Of a DNA stretch of 64,000 nucleotides, positions 1 to 13,941 are shown piece by piece. This DNA comes from the human T2T-CHM13v2.0 reference genome, Homo sapiens. The stretch is taken from NCBI RefSeq assembly GCF_009914755.1, contig NC_060925.1; one strand, 5' to 3'. The translations under genes were made by a program, and so were the position numbers. Below the pieces are notes generated by a model. That model was not told where the DNA came from. It saw only the letters and a program-made list of their open reading frames with translations, and ran no database searches. Position 1 is the first letter of the stretch, and every line of letters begins with the position of its first letter.

Positions 1-27
1 ACGACAGGCAAGTCAATAAAACACTTC

Positions 28-243
28 TTTTTTTTTTTTTTTTTTTGAGACAGGGTCTCCCTCTGTCACTCAGGCTGGAGAGCAGCAGCACAATCAACAC
101 CCAGCTAATTTTTAAGTTTTTTGTAGAGACGAGGTTTTGCCATGTCGCCCAGGCTGGCCTCCAATTCCCAGACTCAAGTGACCTGCCCACTTCAGCCTCC
201 CAAAGTGCTAGGATTATAGGCCTGAGCCACCACGCCTGGCCCA
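28..243 (-). mobile_element. Alu (J-like), internally deleted
   Basis: Poly-T, then GAGACAGGGTCTC...CCCAAAGTGCTAGGATTATAGG; part of the right arm is missing. Confidence 0.9.
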
Positions 244-794
244 GTGAAACATTTCTGAAAGGTCTCTATTAATGATGGATAAAATTGAAAAAAGTGAGGT
301 GCTTAAAGAATTAATCCAAAAGCGTTTCTATTAGCTGGACTATTGTGGTATCTTTAGGTATTTTTGATGATCAGGTTTGTTGCTAATTATCCCTCTGTGG
401 CTTCTCCCATCACCGGATGCCTTGGGGTCCTGTCCCTGGCGGAGGTGGGAAGATGTGGTCCCTGGGAGCTGCCCTGTGGACATCCCGGAGTTGGAGCCCA
501 CAGTCTAAACCAGTCCTTACGGACTTATTTCTGATTTTCTTAGACTGTGAGAAAAGGCTTCTCTAGGGAGCATGGAATACGATGCTGATTAAACACGATT
601 GTAGTTAAGTTTAGGATTAGTGGCAATCGGGGAGAGAAGACAGTAGAGAAAGCCACCCAGGGCTGAGCGGGGAGGAAAGGGCCTTGGATACCTTCCCCCT
701 GCCCCGTGAGTGAGGGGGGCTGATGTGCAGGTGGCGAGCATATGTGGAAGGTGGCACTCCCCCAGGTGGCACTGGATAAGAGAACACCTTTGCT

Positions 795-1090
795 AGGGAT
801 GTTTGCTTCCCCCCACAGTTCCTATGTCGAGACCCTTACCCCTACAATGTGTATTAGGAGGTGAGAACTTTGGGAAGTGATGAAGTCAAGAAGGTGGAGC
901 CCTCACGCAAGGGAACTGTGCCTTGTAAAAGAGACCCCAGAGAGCATGTGAACCAAGAAATGGCCCTCACCAGACACCAAATCTTCTGGTATGTCGATTT
1001 CAGACTTCTTGACCTCCAGAACTGTGAGAAGTACGGTTGTGCTGTTTATGAGCCATCCAGTCTAAGGTATTTCATTAAAGCAGCATGAAC
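795..1090 (+). mobile_element. MaLR LTR fragment (MLT1A/B/C-like)
   Basis: GCCCTCACCAGACACCAAATCT...CCTCCAGAACTGTGAGAA...AGCCATCCAGTCTAAGGTATTT, typical of an MLT1 3' half. Confidence 0.75.
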
Positions 1091-1214
1091 ATACCCTTCT
1101 TCCTCCAGACCCCCGTGGGCAGAGCAAATGCCTGCAGAGGAACTGAGGCTGGACCAAGAGGAACCCAAGGAAAAGGTGCTGCCATGTGGCTTGGACAGGG
1201 CAGCCTGGGGGTAG

Positions 1215-1588
<374 letters not shown>

Positions 1589-1939
1589 CTCGAGGAGACT
1601 TTAAAACACCTCCATCAATCCTCTTTGAGAATCCACCCAACACCCGGTGGATGTTCAGTGGCCTCCATGATCCCAACTTCAACAATCTTGAGGGGGTCTG
1701 ACAGCTCCTGGACAGTCGCTCTGGAGGGCTCCCCAGAGGGAGGGGCAGAGCTGCACCATCCCTCGGATACCCTCCAGGGGCTGGTAACCACATAAAATCC
1801 AGCTGGTGGTCTCACCCAGTAGGAAGACTTTGACTAGTGGAACTAGCACAACAACAAAACAAAAGCTGCCAGCATCTGTTAGTTGAGAAGAAGGCCTGTC
1901 CTGAAGCAGCCTTTGCTTCCTTCTTAAAGGTAAATATAA

Positions 1940-2150
1940 GGCTGGGTGCGGTGGCTCAGCCTGTTATCCCAGCGCTTCAGAAGTCCGAGGTGGGAGGATC
2001 GCTTGAGCCCAAGAGTTCCAGATTAGCCTGGGCAACATAGCAAGACCCTGTCTCTAAAAATAAAAAAAAATAAATTATATATATATATATATCTCCACGG
2101 ATGATGTTGCACACCTGTGGTCCCAGCTACTTGGGAGGTTAAGGTGGTAC
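1940..2150 (+). mobile_element. Partial AluJ with a (TA)n-expanded linker
   Basis: GGCTGGGTGCGGTGGCTCA...GCCTGGGCAACATAGCAAGACCC, A/TA tract, truncated right arm. Confidence 0.85.
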
Positions 2151-3790
2151 AGGGTTTTGGAACCAGGTCTGTCCCTCTGCTGGCAGGGCTGCTTCTCACC
2201 TGTGTGAGGAGTACCAGCATCTGCCCAGGCCCAGCTTCTCACCTGGGACCTCAGCTGCTCTTCCCAGAGATCCAAAGTAGCCTAGGAAGCCTTGGGAAGG
2301 GGCTCCAGGGTGAGACTAACTGACCATCCCATGCCCATCAGAGGTGAGTGCCAATGGGTTTCAGCCCTTCCAGGTGGCACTTCCTGCTGACAGAAGCAGC
2401 TGCTGGCCACCTGCTGTGTCTGGGGGAGCTGAGTCCCACCCCAGGGTATCCCCACAGGAAGCGGAGGTGACTCCAGGGGTCTGGGCTGGGGTCTCTGTCT
2501 CATCCTTGATTGTGTAAGTGTCTAGATCATCCAGACCAGACCTTGAACACTCAACAGAGCCACTGTTGAAGTATTCTGGGAAAATATATTTGGTGGCAAA
2601 ATCTTGCTTCCTTCTGTTTTATGTATGACATTTCCCTTAAAGGGAAAAAAAGTTGGAATGACTAGTATCATTATTCTTTTCTTGTTTTTATTTTCCACCC
2701 CAGAACCATCTGTCATTAAAAAACAGTTTACTTTACACCTGTCGGGTTGAGTTCCACATTCAGAGAAGATTGGTTGGAGGACAATGGTGACCTCTGGACG
2801 CCCTGCGTCATGGGGGCTGGGAGATGCAGGAGGTGAGTGAGTGTCACCCCACAAGGGTGCTCAGGAGAGAGCTGAACTGAGCATCTGCAGAAGAGAGATA
2901 AGAGCAGTCCCACAGCTGTGTCTGCACTGTGCATGGGCCAGTGAGGTGTTTAAGGCAGGCAGATGGAAATCCATGTCCCCTGTCTCTTCTCACTGTGTGG
3001 GAGTAAGGACACCCAGTAGGGTGGAAATGCAGCTGAAGCTCTGCCTTTGTGGGTGGCAGATCTCATCTGTGACGTGGTGGGCAGGGATCACATATGGTGG
3101 CAGCTAGCACAAAAATGCTTTACATTGAGATTTTTTTTCATCCTAGAGACTATGGGGTCCCTATGGGACCAGAGAGACCGGGGCCGGAGCTGATAACTAT
3201 CGTTATTAGATTTCAACCTTCTCATAGCTTCATATGGGAGGAGTTAAATCAGAGACTCTAGGCTGAGGTTGCTGCTGTAGACTCCAAAGGTACAGATGGA
3301 AATGGGAAGATGCATCGATTGTCTAACTATTTTGCTTACACCAGGTCTGATATCCAGCCATTGAAAGATGGGTATCACACATTTGGGTTTCGAGCTTGAT
3401 GCTGAGCTAAGGCATCTGAGAGCTTCAGTGTTCATGTGAGCTTAGATAAAGTTTCCCACAATTTTTTGAGTGACATTTTCAGACGACTCAGATTGAGGAA
3501 ATGTCAGTCTAGGCAACCAGAAATGACACTGTCTTCACGCTGTCCCCTCCACCAGAATGTCTGAGCTCTTACTAGGCACAGGCACGCTAATCAGAACTTT
3601 ATTATGTAACCAATGAAGAGTCTGCTCAGGGTTTGAGGAGCAGGATCACCTGGTCAGATGTATATTTTCACAACGATCACCCTGGGTGTGTGTGGGTGGT
3701 GGGTTCTGAGGGGGAAACTGGCCTTGCAGACACCAGTGGAAAACCAGTGGCATAACCTGGATGGAAGTTGGTGACAAAGGCCTGCAAATC

Positions 3791-4090
<300 letters not shown>

Positions 4091-4473
4091 AAAGGCCTGC
4101 AATTCTGCAGCAGTTTGAGGGATGGAGAGGTTGGGGGTGCCAGTGGGCCAGGGTCCCGTCATGAGGTTATCACGTAGAGAACCCAAAATGTCTAATCATG
4201 CCTCAGCCCAACCACCTGCTTAGCCACAGAGCTCCTCAGGAAATATCCAGGAAACAGAGGCAGAGCAAGGAAAAGAAAATGCTTCTTTTGTTCAGTTGTC
4301 ATATGAACTCCCCTCTCCTCGTGTTTCCTTGCAAGTGTCTGGATATCAAGGAGTGCGATACCCTGGTCTCCCTCCACTCCTCCACAGACTCCCAGGGCTG
4401 ACAGCACACGGCCTGCTGCTCCATCCTTCCAGTTTTACGGAAGCTGGATCTCCCAGTTTCCCAGTCCAGAGGC

Positions 4474-5648
4474 TGCCCTGGTCCAGAGCTGACCGTGGGA
4501 AGAAATCTGCTTGCTCTCAGTATAAGCCACATTTTCTAACACCAGCTTTATCTACAGCAAAAACGACAATTTGATATCCATATGCCTTATTTCTCCTTTT
4601 TTGTCTCTTAACTGGTTCAGAAGTTGGATGACAAAAACAAGCATGTCATTTATTATGCCCCCTCACACCCTAAATTTAACATTATCTGGTGCTTTGGCCC
4701 CAAACTCCAACCTCTATTAAACTGGGTTGAACCATGTGCATTATGCTTTGGCCTGGGTTTGAGAGCAATGCATTTTATTGTCCCTAAGTCCAACTCCCAA
4801 ATTAAAGGGGTAAGCTTCAACATGAGGAAAGGCCTCAGGGCAGCCTCAGAAGCTGGAGAGTGGGCAAACTCACTTGCCCCATTAGAGCCCACAAGGAATG
4901 GTAGCTGGGAAACCAACCCATCAGACCACCATACTTGCTCTTTGGGAGGAAGTGAGGAGAGGGAGAATCATTTGGGGGAGGAACAGAGGAGGACTTGAGG
5001 CCCACAGACAGAACAGGAAAACTAAGAGAGGCCTGTTGAAGAGGTAGAACCGGTTGGGTACAGTGAGTGAAGTCACTGTGTGGGAGGAGGCCTGATACTC
5101 CCAGCTTGGGAACCTGAATGGATGGAGGTTCCATTCACTGGGATGGGAGACACAGCAGTGCAGAAGGATGAGGGAGTTGTCATGGCTAGGTAAAAGGGAA
5201 AGAAATTCTGCAAGGCTCTAGAAGCAGGTATTGCTCATGCCTTACAGAACACCCCTTCATTCCAAAGGCCAGAAGGATCACTGAAGTGTGCCACATACAA
5301 GAGACCAATAAAGCTGGGTTAATAGAAGCCATGAAAGCCTGAAGTTTGATTTGACAAACATTTAGTGAGCACAAGTATATGTCGGATACTGTGCCCAGAT
5401 CTGGGAATACACATGGGGTGAGCAAAAGAGATCTGGCTCTGCTCTTGGGTGTTTAGGAAGGCTTCTCCAGCTTCGTCTTTTTTGTTGATCCTTGTATGGG
5501 TTGGGAGTAGAATAAACTCGTTGTCCCACCTGTCAATGCTGAAGATCTGTGTATGTTGATTTCCTATTGTTACAGGCTGGTGTTAGAAAATGTGGCTTAT
5601 ACTGAGAGCAAGCAGATTTCTTCCCACAGTCAGCTCTGGACCAGGGCA
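4474..5648. repeat. 73-bp inverted repeat (arms 4474-4546 and 5576-5648)
   Basis: Arms are reverse complements at 72 of 73 positions; 1029-bp spacer. Confidence 0.95.
5060..5450 (-). mobile_element. L2 fragments
   Basis: GGATGGAGGTTCCATTCACTGGGATGGG and CAAACATTTAGTGAGCAC...TACTGTGC resemble the antisense L2 3' end. Confidence 0.55.
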
Positions 5649-6069
5649 TGCTCTAATAGCCAGCTCAAGAGCCAGCAACAATAATTTGCCCAATTAGCCA
5701 GGAATGGAAATTCTAAGCAGTGTCCTTTCCATCTCCCTTTTGCTCAATTAAAACATTTATTACATACATGTTATATATAATCTCCGTAAGACTGTAGATA
5801 AAGGGGGTGTGTCCAGGGCCCAACTCCTAGTGAGTGCTAAATAAATGTCACTTTGTCCATTTCCTCTCTCCCCACCTGTGTGCCCCGATGAGCACAGGAG
5901 GCATCACACCCACACAAGTGCATTGAAAGAGTCTTGTTTGGGGATTTCTCTCGTTTGGAAAGAAAAGCCCTTGGCCGCTCCCACCATTAAAAGCTTGAGT
6001 GGCCATAAGACCTCTCACCTCCCTTGGTCTATTTCCACACCTGGAATAGAGGGCCTGGCCTAGGTCAGG

Positions 6070-6215
6070 AGCTCCGTCCCTGGCTGTGCATCTGAATCAC
6101 CTGGGGAGCGTCAAAAACCACGTCTGGAGATTCTGCTTCACCAAGTCTGGGCTCAGAGCTGGAGGTCTGTGTTATCAATAGCCTTTCTCCTGCAGGGATT
6201 CTGGCACAGCCTGGA
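6070..6215. mobile_element. MER5A-like hAT MITE
   Basis: GGCTGTGCATCTGAATCACCTGGGGAGC...GAGATTCTG. Confidence 0.6.
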
Positions 6216-8771
6216 ATCCAGACCAACCCAGGCAAAAATAGCCCAACCAAGCCCTGGGATGACCTGGGCTTGTCAAGTGAGGCTGAGGACTCGGCTGTGG
6301 TTTTCGGCAGGGGCATCAGTATGGCTGTGGGGCTTTCAACCTTGGAGAAAGCCCAGTGGGCAGTCAAGCACCTGAGAGAGAACAGGAGTGAGGTAATGGG
6401 AAGCACTGGCTTCCTGCTTCTGGGGTCTGAGGAAATGTCAGACCTGCCCATGGGGATGCTCCCAGGTCGGCACTCTCAAAGAGCCCCAGGACGCATCAGA
6501 CCCAGCTACCCCGGGGGGAAAGAGTCTGTCGCCGGGGATTCCCTTGTCTGGAGCCTTGGCAGACAGCTCAGGGTAAAGTTTTAGGATGGTGGTCACTCCA
6601 GAGGTCTTCTAAGAAGGAGTTCTTCTCCCTGCTGGCTGACCCCTGCGGAGGCTGGGAGCCAGGTGCTGCCTTCAGCTTCCTAAGGAGACACTTGTGTCCT
6701 TTCTGCAGACTCTTCCTGGCCCCCTGGACTCTACCCTAGCAGAGCCTGGCTCCAGGGGTGGGGTCCTTTGCATGATTTTCAGGAGGCTCTGGATGTTCAG
6801 AGCCCCTCTGCTGACCCTATGGTGCCATAGGGCTGTGTGTGGCTGCCTCTGTGCAGCGCATGAGGGTCCTCTGGGGGGAGAGGGGGTGCAGCCAGCATGT
6901 GCTGTGCAAGCAGCAGTCTGGCTGTGTGCCTATGGGCTTCCACAGGGCTCCGAAGGCTGATGCCCTCCTGATAGAAGGTGGGGAAGAGTCGGAACCACAA
7001 ACAAACAGGAAAAGCACACCCTGGCTCTCCAGATGGTGCAGATGAGGGAGGGGTGCTGGGAAGGCCTCTATGGGGACTCAGGAGAGGGACTGAGATGTGT
7101 TCTGAACCCCATGAGTGGGTGGCCGTTGGGAACAGAGTCCCGCTCAAGCATGATCAGTTCCAGTAAACAGGGAACAACTGTAGGGACATTTCATGGAATC
7201 TAAGCAAAGGAAGATCTGCATAGCTCAGCTTCAAAAGGACAGAAATCCATCCAGACCACACTGTCTCATCTCTTTCTCTTTCTCCACCGGCTCCCTCAAG
7301 TTCTTGCGATCACTTCTTGGAACCTCTGCCTCTCCCTGCTCATCTGCCCTTTTCTGTCTCCAGCCAGCTTGCTTTACCCATACTTTCTATTCCTTCTTAA
7401 CTGATCCTCTGCTTTGGCAATACCATCTTTTGGTCCCTCAGTTTCCACATTCAGAATCCCATTCAGAATGAACCAAGAGAGAAATCTAATCAGCCTTTTT
7501 CACATCAACAGTCGATGGCCTCAGGTAAGATGCTCTGCCTCGTTCGACCCCCTGGATTCATTTAGGAGGGGTTCAGGGCAGATCTCCTTAGCAGGGCAGT
7601 GGGCGTGGCAGCAGTGATTGGCAGCTCTGAAGAGGTCTCTGCAGCCTGAGTATTTGAGTGAGCTGGGAACTGAGGAAGGCAATACACCAAGTATTCAGAA
7701 TTTCCACCGTGGACATTGTTATGAGGCGACCTGAGACTTCCCTTGTGCTTTAAGGCAGGTTCCCGGTGTTGGCATTATGCCTGGCACGGGGTGCAGGTAT
7801 ATGGCCACCAGGAGCAGTGGTGGTGTGTTAGAGTGCAGAGGATGCTTGCACTCGCCCTGGAACATCTCCGCCAGCTCCTGCCGTGGCCTCCACTGGTCCA
7901 TCAGCAGCTCCATCTGCAGTCATTCATGTTTGGCAAGTGGTGCTGCTGCCCCTGGGATGCAACCCAGGCCCAGCTCAGGGTGCAGGGAGGCTCCCAAGTG
8001 CTGTTTGACTTGGACACAGTAGTCTCTGCAAGGGAGTCACGGGAAGGAGCGTGAAATGATTCCAGATTCCTGATTTTCTATGGTATGACAGGAGTGTTTC
8101 TCTGAGCCTCCTGATTCTCCTGGCCACATTCCCTGGTTGGTTTTACTTCCTCGGGTCATTTTTGAAGGGCCCTTGGCCAAAGCAGCTCAGAGGGGTCATG
8201 AGGCTGAACAAAGGCTCTCCAGGAGGTGGGGGCTGAGTTTTCTCCTGCTTACACAAATGGAAAAATGGGGAGGTCATTTGATTCCCATAAAATACCCCTC
8301 CAAGCAGACTGCTGATTTCCAGCTAACCACTAAAGACTGGAGAATGCATTCCAAGCCAGCTTTAGCAGTCACCACAGAAATTGCCTGGTAACTGGTGGCA
8401 GCAGCTTGGCGGTGTGATGTTGTGCTGAACAGCACACATTTGAATAGCTTACTGAGTAGCTGAAAAGGGCAATGACCTTGACCCACTTTGTGATTTCAGG
8501 TGCTTTTAAGAAGAACCCCATGCCAAGTGGAGGACGGTGTGAGAAATGCAGAATGTGATGGGGTAACTTGGGTGGGTATCAGCTTCCCATCAGCTGACCA
8601 GTTCCCCATCATCCCTCTCTGGGCAGCACAGGGTCACTGGGCTCCATCTCCAGCTCAGGGAAAGTTCAGTGCAGCTGTGCCGGCTGTTGTTGGAAATTTC
8701 ATAATGTAAAGTGGAAATTGGGCACAGGCCTCCAGGTGGTGGGTTCTTACCCCACTTGCCTTCTGGGCATC

Positions 8772-9164
8772 TGATGTGGTTTGGGTCTGTGTCCCTACCC
8801 ATATCTCATGTCAAATGGTAATCCCCGATGTTGGAGGTGGGGCCTGGTGGGAGGTGATTTGATCATTGGGGTGGATTTCCCCTTCGGTGCTGTTCTCATG
8901 ATAGGTGAATTCTCGTGAGATCTGGTCATTTAAAAGTATGTGGCACCTACCCCACCTCTCTCTTCTCCTCCTTCTCCAGCTGTGATGTGCCTGCTCCCAT
9001 TTGCCTTCCACCATGACTGGAAGCTCCCTGAGGCCTCCTCCAAAGCAGAAGCTGCCATGCTTCCTGTACAGCCTGCAGAACCGTGAGCCAATTCAACCTC
9101 TTTTCTTTATACATTACTCAGTCTCAAGTATTTCTTTATAGCAGTGTGCAAATGGACTAAAACA
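8772..9164 (+). mobile_element. MST (MaLR) solo LTR
   Basis: TGATGTGGTTTGG...GGACTAAAACA with 5-bp TSD GCATC on both sides. Confidence 0.92.
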
Positions 9165-9439
9165 GCATCTCAGAGATCCCAGCCAATCCCAGGAGCTCCA
9201 GTGCCCCATCTCTCCAGGTGTCCCAGGCTGTAGGGACCAGCCTGAAGCCTTCCCTGACCCAGGCCTAGGCCCTACAAGAGGCCTGTGACAAGAGACCTCC
9301 TTAGCCTCTTCAGCTTCCATTGGAATCAACTTAGCTGCCAGGAGGCTGGAACTTTCCCCCACTCTGTTAGTTACTTGAAGGAAAGCCACCAACATAGACA
9401 ATGGCTGCACAACACTGGAATGGAGAAGGTTTACCATAA

Positions 9440-10230
9440 TTTATACAACAACCATTCCCCTACTTTTTGTTTTTTGACTTTTCACTATGAATATCCTCAT
9501 GATAAATATCATGGGCTCATGGTAGCTTTCCCTTAAGATAGACTCCCCAAAGTGAAAAAAAATTGGTCAAAGAATATAAGAATCTTTATGACTCTTGCCA
9601 AATTCCTTCTCAAGTATTTGCACCACTGTAAAATGTCACCATCAACATGTGAGAGCACCAGTTTCACCCTGACTCTGCTAGTGTTATTATTTGTTGATTA
9701 TTTTTCCAACTTAGTAGTTAAAAATATACAGTCTGCCCTCTGTTTCCAGGGGTTGCACATCCATAGATTCAACCAGCCAGAGACTGAAAATATTTGGGAA
9801 AAGAACCATAAAAAATAACAATATGTCCATAAAAATAATACAAAATTTAAAAACAATCTAGCATAACAACTATTTAAATAGCATTTATATTGTATTAGGT
9901 ATTATAAGTTATCTGGGTGACTTAAAGTATATGGGAAGATGTGCAAATACAGTGTCACTTTATGTAAAAGACTTGAGCATCCTCGAATTTTGGTTTCTCT
10001 GAGGGGTCCTGGAACCAATCCGCCACGGCTACCATGGGATGAATGTACTCCCTCATCAATGTTTCAAGTTGCATTTCTTGGATTACTAGTGAGACTGAAC
10101 ATTTTCCCATGTCTGTTTATTGACTATATTTTCCCTTTCCTAAAGTATCAGTTTCCATCCTTTGCCCACACATCTGTGGGGAGTTCACTGGGTTTTGTAG
10201 ATATATCTGAGGTTACTGCTTTGTGATATT
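9440..10230 (-). mobile_element. Old L1M fragments flanking MER2
   Basis: TTGCATTTCTTGGATTACTAGTGAGACTGAACATTTTCCCATGT...TCCTTTGCCCAC resembles antisense L1 3' ORF2. Confidence 0.55.
9729..10045 (-). mobile_element. MER2 (TcMar-Tigger MITE)
   Basis: TA|CAGTC...ACTTGAGCATCC...GGTCCTGGAACCAATCC...GATGAATG|TA; TA TSD. Confidence 0.85.
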
Positions 10231-10239
10231 TGCTCAGCA

Positions 10240-10530
10240 TGTATTATCACTCCACTTGGATATCTAATGGGCCATTTAAATTTAAGATGTCAAAATGTAA
10301 CCCCAGGTTTTCCTCCCTAAACCTGCTGTCCTTTCTCTGGTCTTCCCTGTCTTAATAAATGGCACTATAATCCACCTTTGCCCAAAACCCAGGAGCCCTT
10401 CATGATCCCTCCTTTTCCATACTCCATATATCCCATCTCCCAGCCAGTCTCCCCCATCCACCCTTCTCTGATCACCCAATTCATGCCAGGTCACCATTCA
10501 TCACATAGCCTCCTTTCTTCTTTGCAGTAC
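10240..10530 (+). mobile_element. L2 fragment
   Basis: TCCACTTGGATATCTAATGGGC...TAAATGGCACTATAATCCACC. Confidence 0.7.
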
Positions 10531-10548
10531 CTGCTAGGATCAGAAACT

Positions 10549-10901
10549 CTCTTTCCTTCCTTCTTTCCTTCCTTCCTTCTTCTCTCCCTCCCTCCCTCCC
10601 TTCCTTTCTTTTTTTTTTTTTTTTTGAAATGGGGTCTCACTCTGTCACCCAGGCTGGAGTGCAGTGGTAGGATCACAGCTCACTGCAACCTCCACCTGCC
10701 AGGCTCAAGCAATCCTCCCACCTCAGCCTCCCCAGTAACTACAAGCGCACACAACCACGCCCAGCTAATTTTTGTATTTTTTGTAGAGACAGGGTTTCTC
10801 TATGTTGCCCAGGCTGGTCTCCAACTCCTGGGCTCAAGTGATCCACCTGCCTTGGTCTCCCAAAGTGCTGGGGTTACAGGTGTGAGCCACTGCACCTGGC
10901 C
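10549..10901 (-). mobile_element. AluJ with CT-rich tail
   Basis: Alu body preceded by (CTTC/CCCT)n and poly-T; explains ORF 10378-10953. Confidence 0.93.
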
Positions 10902-11009
10902 ATTCATTTATTTCTTGATGGTCTGGAGTGGCCATCCCTTAGGGGCAGCTTGATAAATACATATAGAATTAACTTTGCCCTTTTAATCTATTTGAATTTG
11001 TGTAAGGAG

Positions 11010-11250
11010 ACAGTAGGGCATAGAGGGCCAGAGCACCGCTTGGGAGGCAGACAGTTCCAGTATAAAGCAGGGCTCTACCACTTACTGTGGGATTTGAGCA
11101 GGTTACTTAACATCTCTGTGCCTAAGTTTATTCAGCTTTAAAAAGGAGAATAATAATACCATCTTCATAAAGTTGGAAGATACATTAGATAATGTGGGCA
11201 AAGTACTTAAAAATAGAGACCATTTATAATAAAGTATTCAATAAATGTCA
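11010..11250 (+). mobile_element. MIR
   Basis: Core CTCTACCACTTACT...GTTACTTAACATCTCTGTGCCT...AATAATACC. Confidence 0.8.
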
Positions 11251-12030
11251 AACTAGCTCAGTGTTTCTTTGTGATTTTTACTCTGTGGTTTCTGGGTTTA
11301 GGAGTCATTCCCTTCTTTTCATTAAACCCTTAATTAACGTTAAGTTATATTTTATTTTGGTTTTATGGTATACTTTTTAAAAATGTTTACCCTTTAGTTT
11401 GGAACTTATTTTGGAGTATTAAATAAAGTGAACTTCTAAGTGAGATTGGCACAATTTGTTGAATAATTTTTCCCACTTGTTACGTTTTATCACAAATTTA
11501 ATTTTTATATATTAATATAAAAGTGTTTTTTCTGTCTTTGAAATCTGTCTCCCTGACCCCTTTTGGGTTGGGACTACACTGTTAGGCTGAACAGGTCAAT
11601 AATATCTATACTGTTATGCTGAGCGATCCTTGTAAATAAATCCTAACAAGGCTTGACTAGATCTCGACTTTGAGCATCGGGCCTAGCCTTGCCCTAGTTG
11701 TGGAAGAGTCTCACATTCTCTGCCCACAGGTGCAGAAGTGTGACATCTGTGTGACACGTGCATTTGTTCTAGTTCCAGTCTCTCACAAGACTACTGACTC
11801 TTTCTGCCCTTGGGTTCTTGAGACATTAGCACATCCTGATATAAATGTCCCCTTTTTATTGGAGCCAATTTAAACAGGTTTCTGTATCTTGTGACTAGAA
11901 GAGTCCAAAGGTAACCTTCACCTTTATAATGATCGAAGGAATCTTCCCAGCCAATGAGGCTGCATTCTGACATGCCACAGAGATTAAAATACTGTCCCTA
12001 ACACATTGTCAGAAAGTGTCTGCCAACACA

Positions 12031-12143
12031 TGAGAATTGCTTGAGCCTAGGAGGAGGAGGTTGCAGTGAGCTCAGATTGCACCACTGCACTCCAGCCTGG
12101 GTGACAGAGCAAAACTCTGTCTCAAAAAAAAAAAAAAAAAAAA
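12031..12143 (+). mobile_element. 5'-truncated Alu
   Basis: Alu 3' end plus poly-A, flanked by TCTGCCAA repeats. Confidence 0.9.
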
Positions 12144-12619
12144 ATCTGCCAATATCTGCCAACAGGGTCAGCAAAACCCAAGAAAGCCTTCAAGACCCCT
12201 GCACTGCAGGACAGACACACCCATCCTGCCACTGCCTTGATGGCGGTGACTGCTCCAACACTGCTTACAGATTCAGACAAATCCGAGAGACAGCTGTCCC
12301 TGATATGTTCAAGACTCTGCCAGCTCAACAGGCTGTGGGAAAACCAAAGAAATAATGTATGTGAAAGCACCTGAAATCAACATGAGAATTTATTATTAAT
12401 ATTGCCTCATTTCTTTCCAAAAAGGATGTGGGGGTGGCATACACAGTAGATATTAGTAATAAAATTTAAAAATAGTTTTAAAAATATGTCTCAAGATCTG
12501 TATTTTATAGTTATCATTAAGAATATCAATATCATTTATCAGCCTACAAAAGCACTACAAGTAGGGATTTCTTTGTAACTGCCCTGACCCTGGATTATGC
12601 CCTACTCCTTATTTTGTCT

Positions 12620-12786
12620 AAAACATTAGCTGGGCATGGTGGCATGGGCCTATAGTCCCAGCTACGCAGGAGGCTGAGTCAGGAGAGTCACTTGAGTCCA
12701 GGAGCTTAAGGCTACAGTGAGCTATGATCCAGCCACTACACCCCAGCCTGGGCGACAGATCCTGTCTCTATAAAAGAAAAAAAAAA
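12620..12786 (+). mobile_element. Alu right monomer (FRAM/AluJ-like)
   Basis: TTAGCTGGGCATGGTGG...CCAGCCTGGGCGACAGA and A tail. Confidence 0.88.
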
Positions 12787-13644
12787 TCCTTGAGAGTAGC
12801 TTGGCTTTGCAGAATGCAGCTGTTTCTTGCTTTTGAGGGTGTTTGTTTGCCATTTGACCCTCTTTTTTTAAACCTTATGTTTATAAGGGAAAGCCTCTTA
12901 CAGTAAGTGTGTTTAGGGTTCTAGTTACAATTAATCTGTGGTCCTAGAGAAGGCAAGAGGGCCGAGGGAAGGGAGAAGAAGGGCTGGCAAGACAGTGAGA
13001 GCAGAGAGCTTGTGACTTCACTCCCCCAGGCAGAGGGAAGAGTGACTAAGCCGGACGCTCCATCCAGGCAGGAAAACCGTCCAAGCTTGCTCATTTCCCA
13101 TCAGCCTCGCACCTGCTGGGATCTCCTGGCTGGCATGGACTCTGTACAGTCACCTGGTGTCCCCAGCACAGGACACCCTGGGGCCTTTTTCCTACTCAGT
13201 CAGATGCCAGAGGGTGTGGCCGTCATCCAGTTACAGACGGAGCTAATAACAAAGTCACTCTGCCTTTCATGTGTGCAGCACTTCAAGCATTTCTAAATGC
13301 TTGCACGCCACTAAGAGATCTTGCATAAGCACAGGGTCAAGTCCTTTTGATTTATTCAATAAGACACAAACCAACTTAGAAAGTGAAAACTCTGACTTTT
13401 TGGCATGCACTTGGTGCTGCTCCACATTTACTGCTGGCCTGTCCCTGTCCCTCCTTGTCTTTGTCACTTAGCTGTGGCCCTTCTTGCAGGAAGACTTCTG
13501 GAATTGTCATATTCCCACCTCTTTCTCCTTCCTCTGCTTTCTGCAGGTGACACTAAGGAAACTCATCTCAATGCATGCACAGGGAACAATGAAGATGTAG
13601 AGGATGTGCTATGACCATTGCAAACATAGAAAAATTAAGCTGGG

Positions 13645-13941
13645 GGCGGGGCACAGTGGCTCACGCCTGTAATCCCAGCACTTTGGGAGGACAAGGCGAG
13701 CAGATCACTTGAAGTCAGGAGTTCAAGACCAGCCTGGCCAACATGGTGAAACCCTGTCTCTACTAAAAATACAAAAATTAGCCAGGCATGGTGGCACACA
13801 CCTGTAGTCCCAGCTACTCAGTAATCTGACTCTGGAGAATCACCTGAACCCGGGAGACAGGGGTTGCAATGAGCCAAGATTGCGCCACTGCACTCCAGCC
13901 TGGGAGACAGAGTGAGACCCTGTCTTAAAAAAAAAAAAAAA
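13645..13941 (+). mobile_element. AluS
   Basis: Full Alu; TSD TAAGCTGGGG. Confidence 0.95.

Noticed and set aside
6815-6832. Palindrome CCCTATGG-TG-CCATAGGG
   Set aside because: An 8-bp stem is expected by chance in 64 kb
10378-10953. 191-aa ORF
   Set aside because: Read-through of L2, a CT-rich tract and an antisense Alu; not a gene
11580-12003. TGTTAGG...CCTAACA inverted termini suggesting a novel LTR or MITE
   Set aside because: Only 7 bp and no TSD; the interior partly resembles an old MLT1 end
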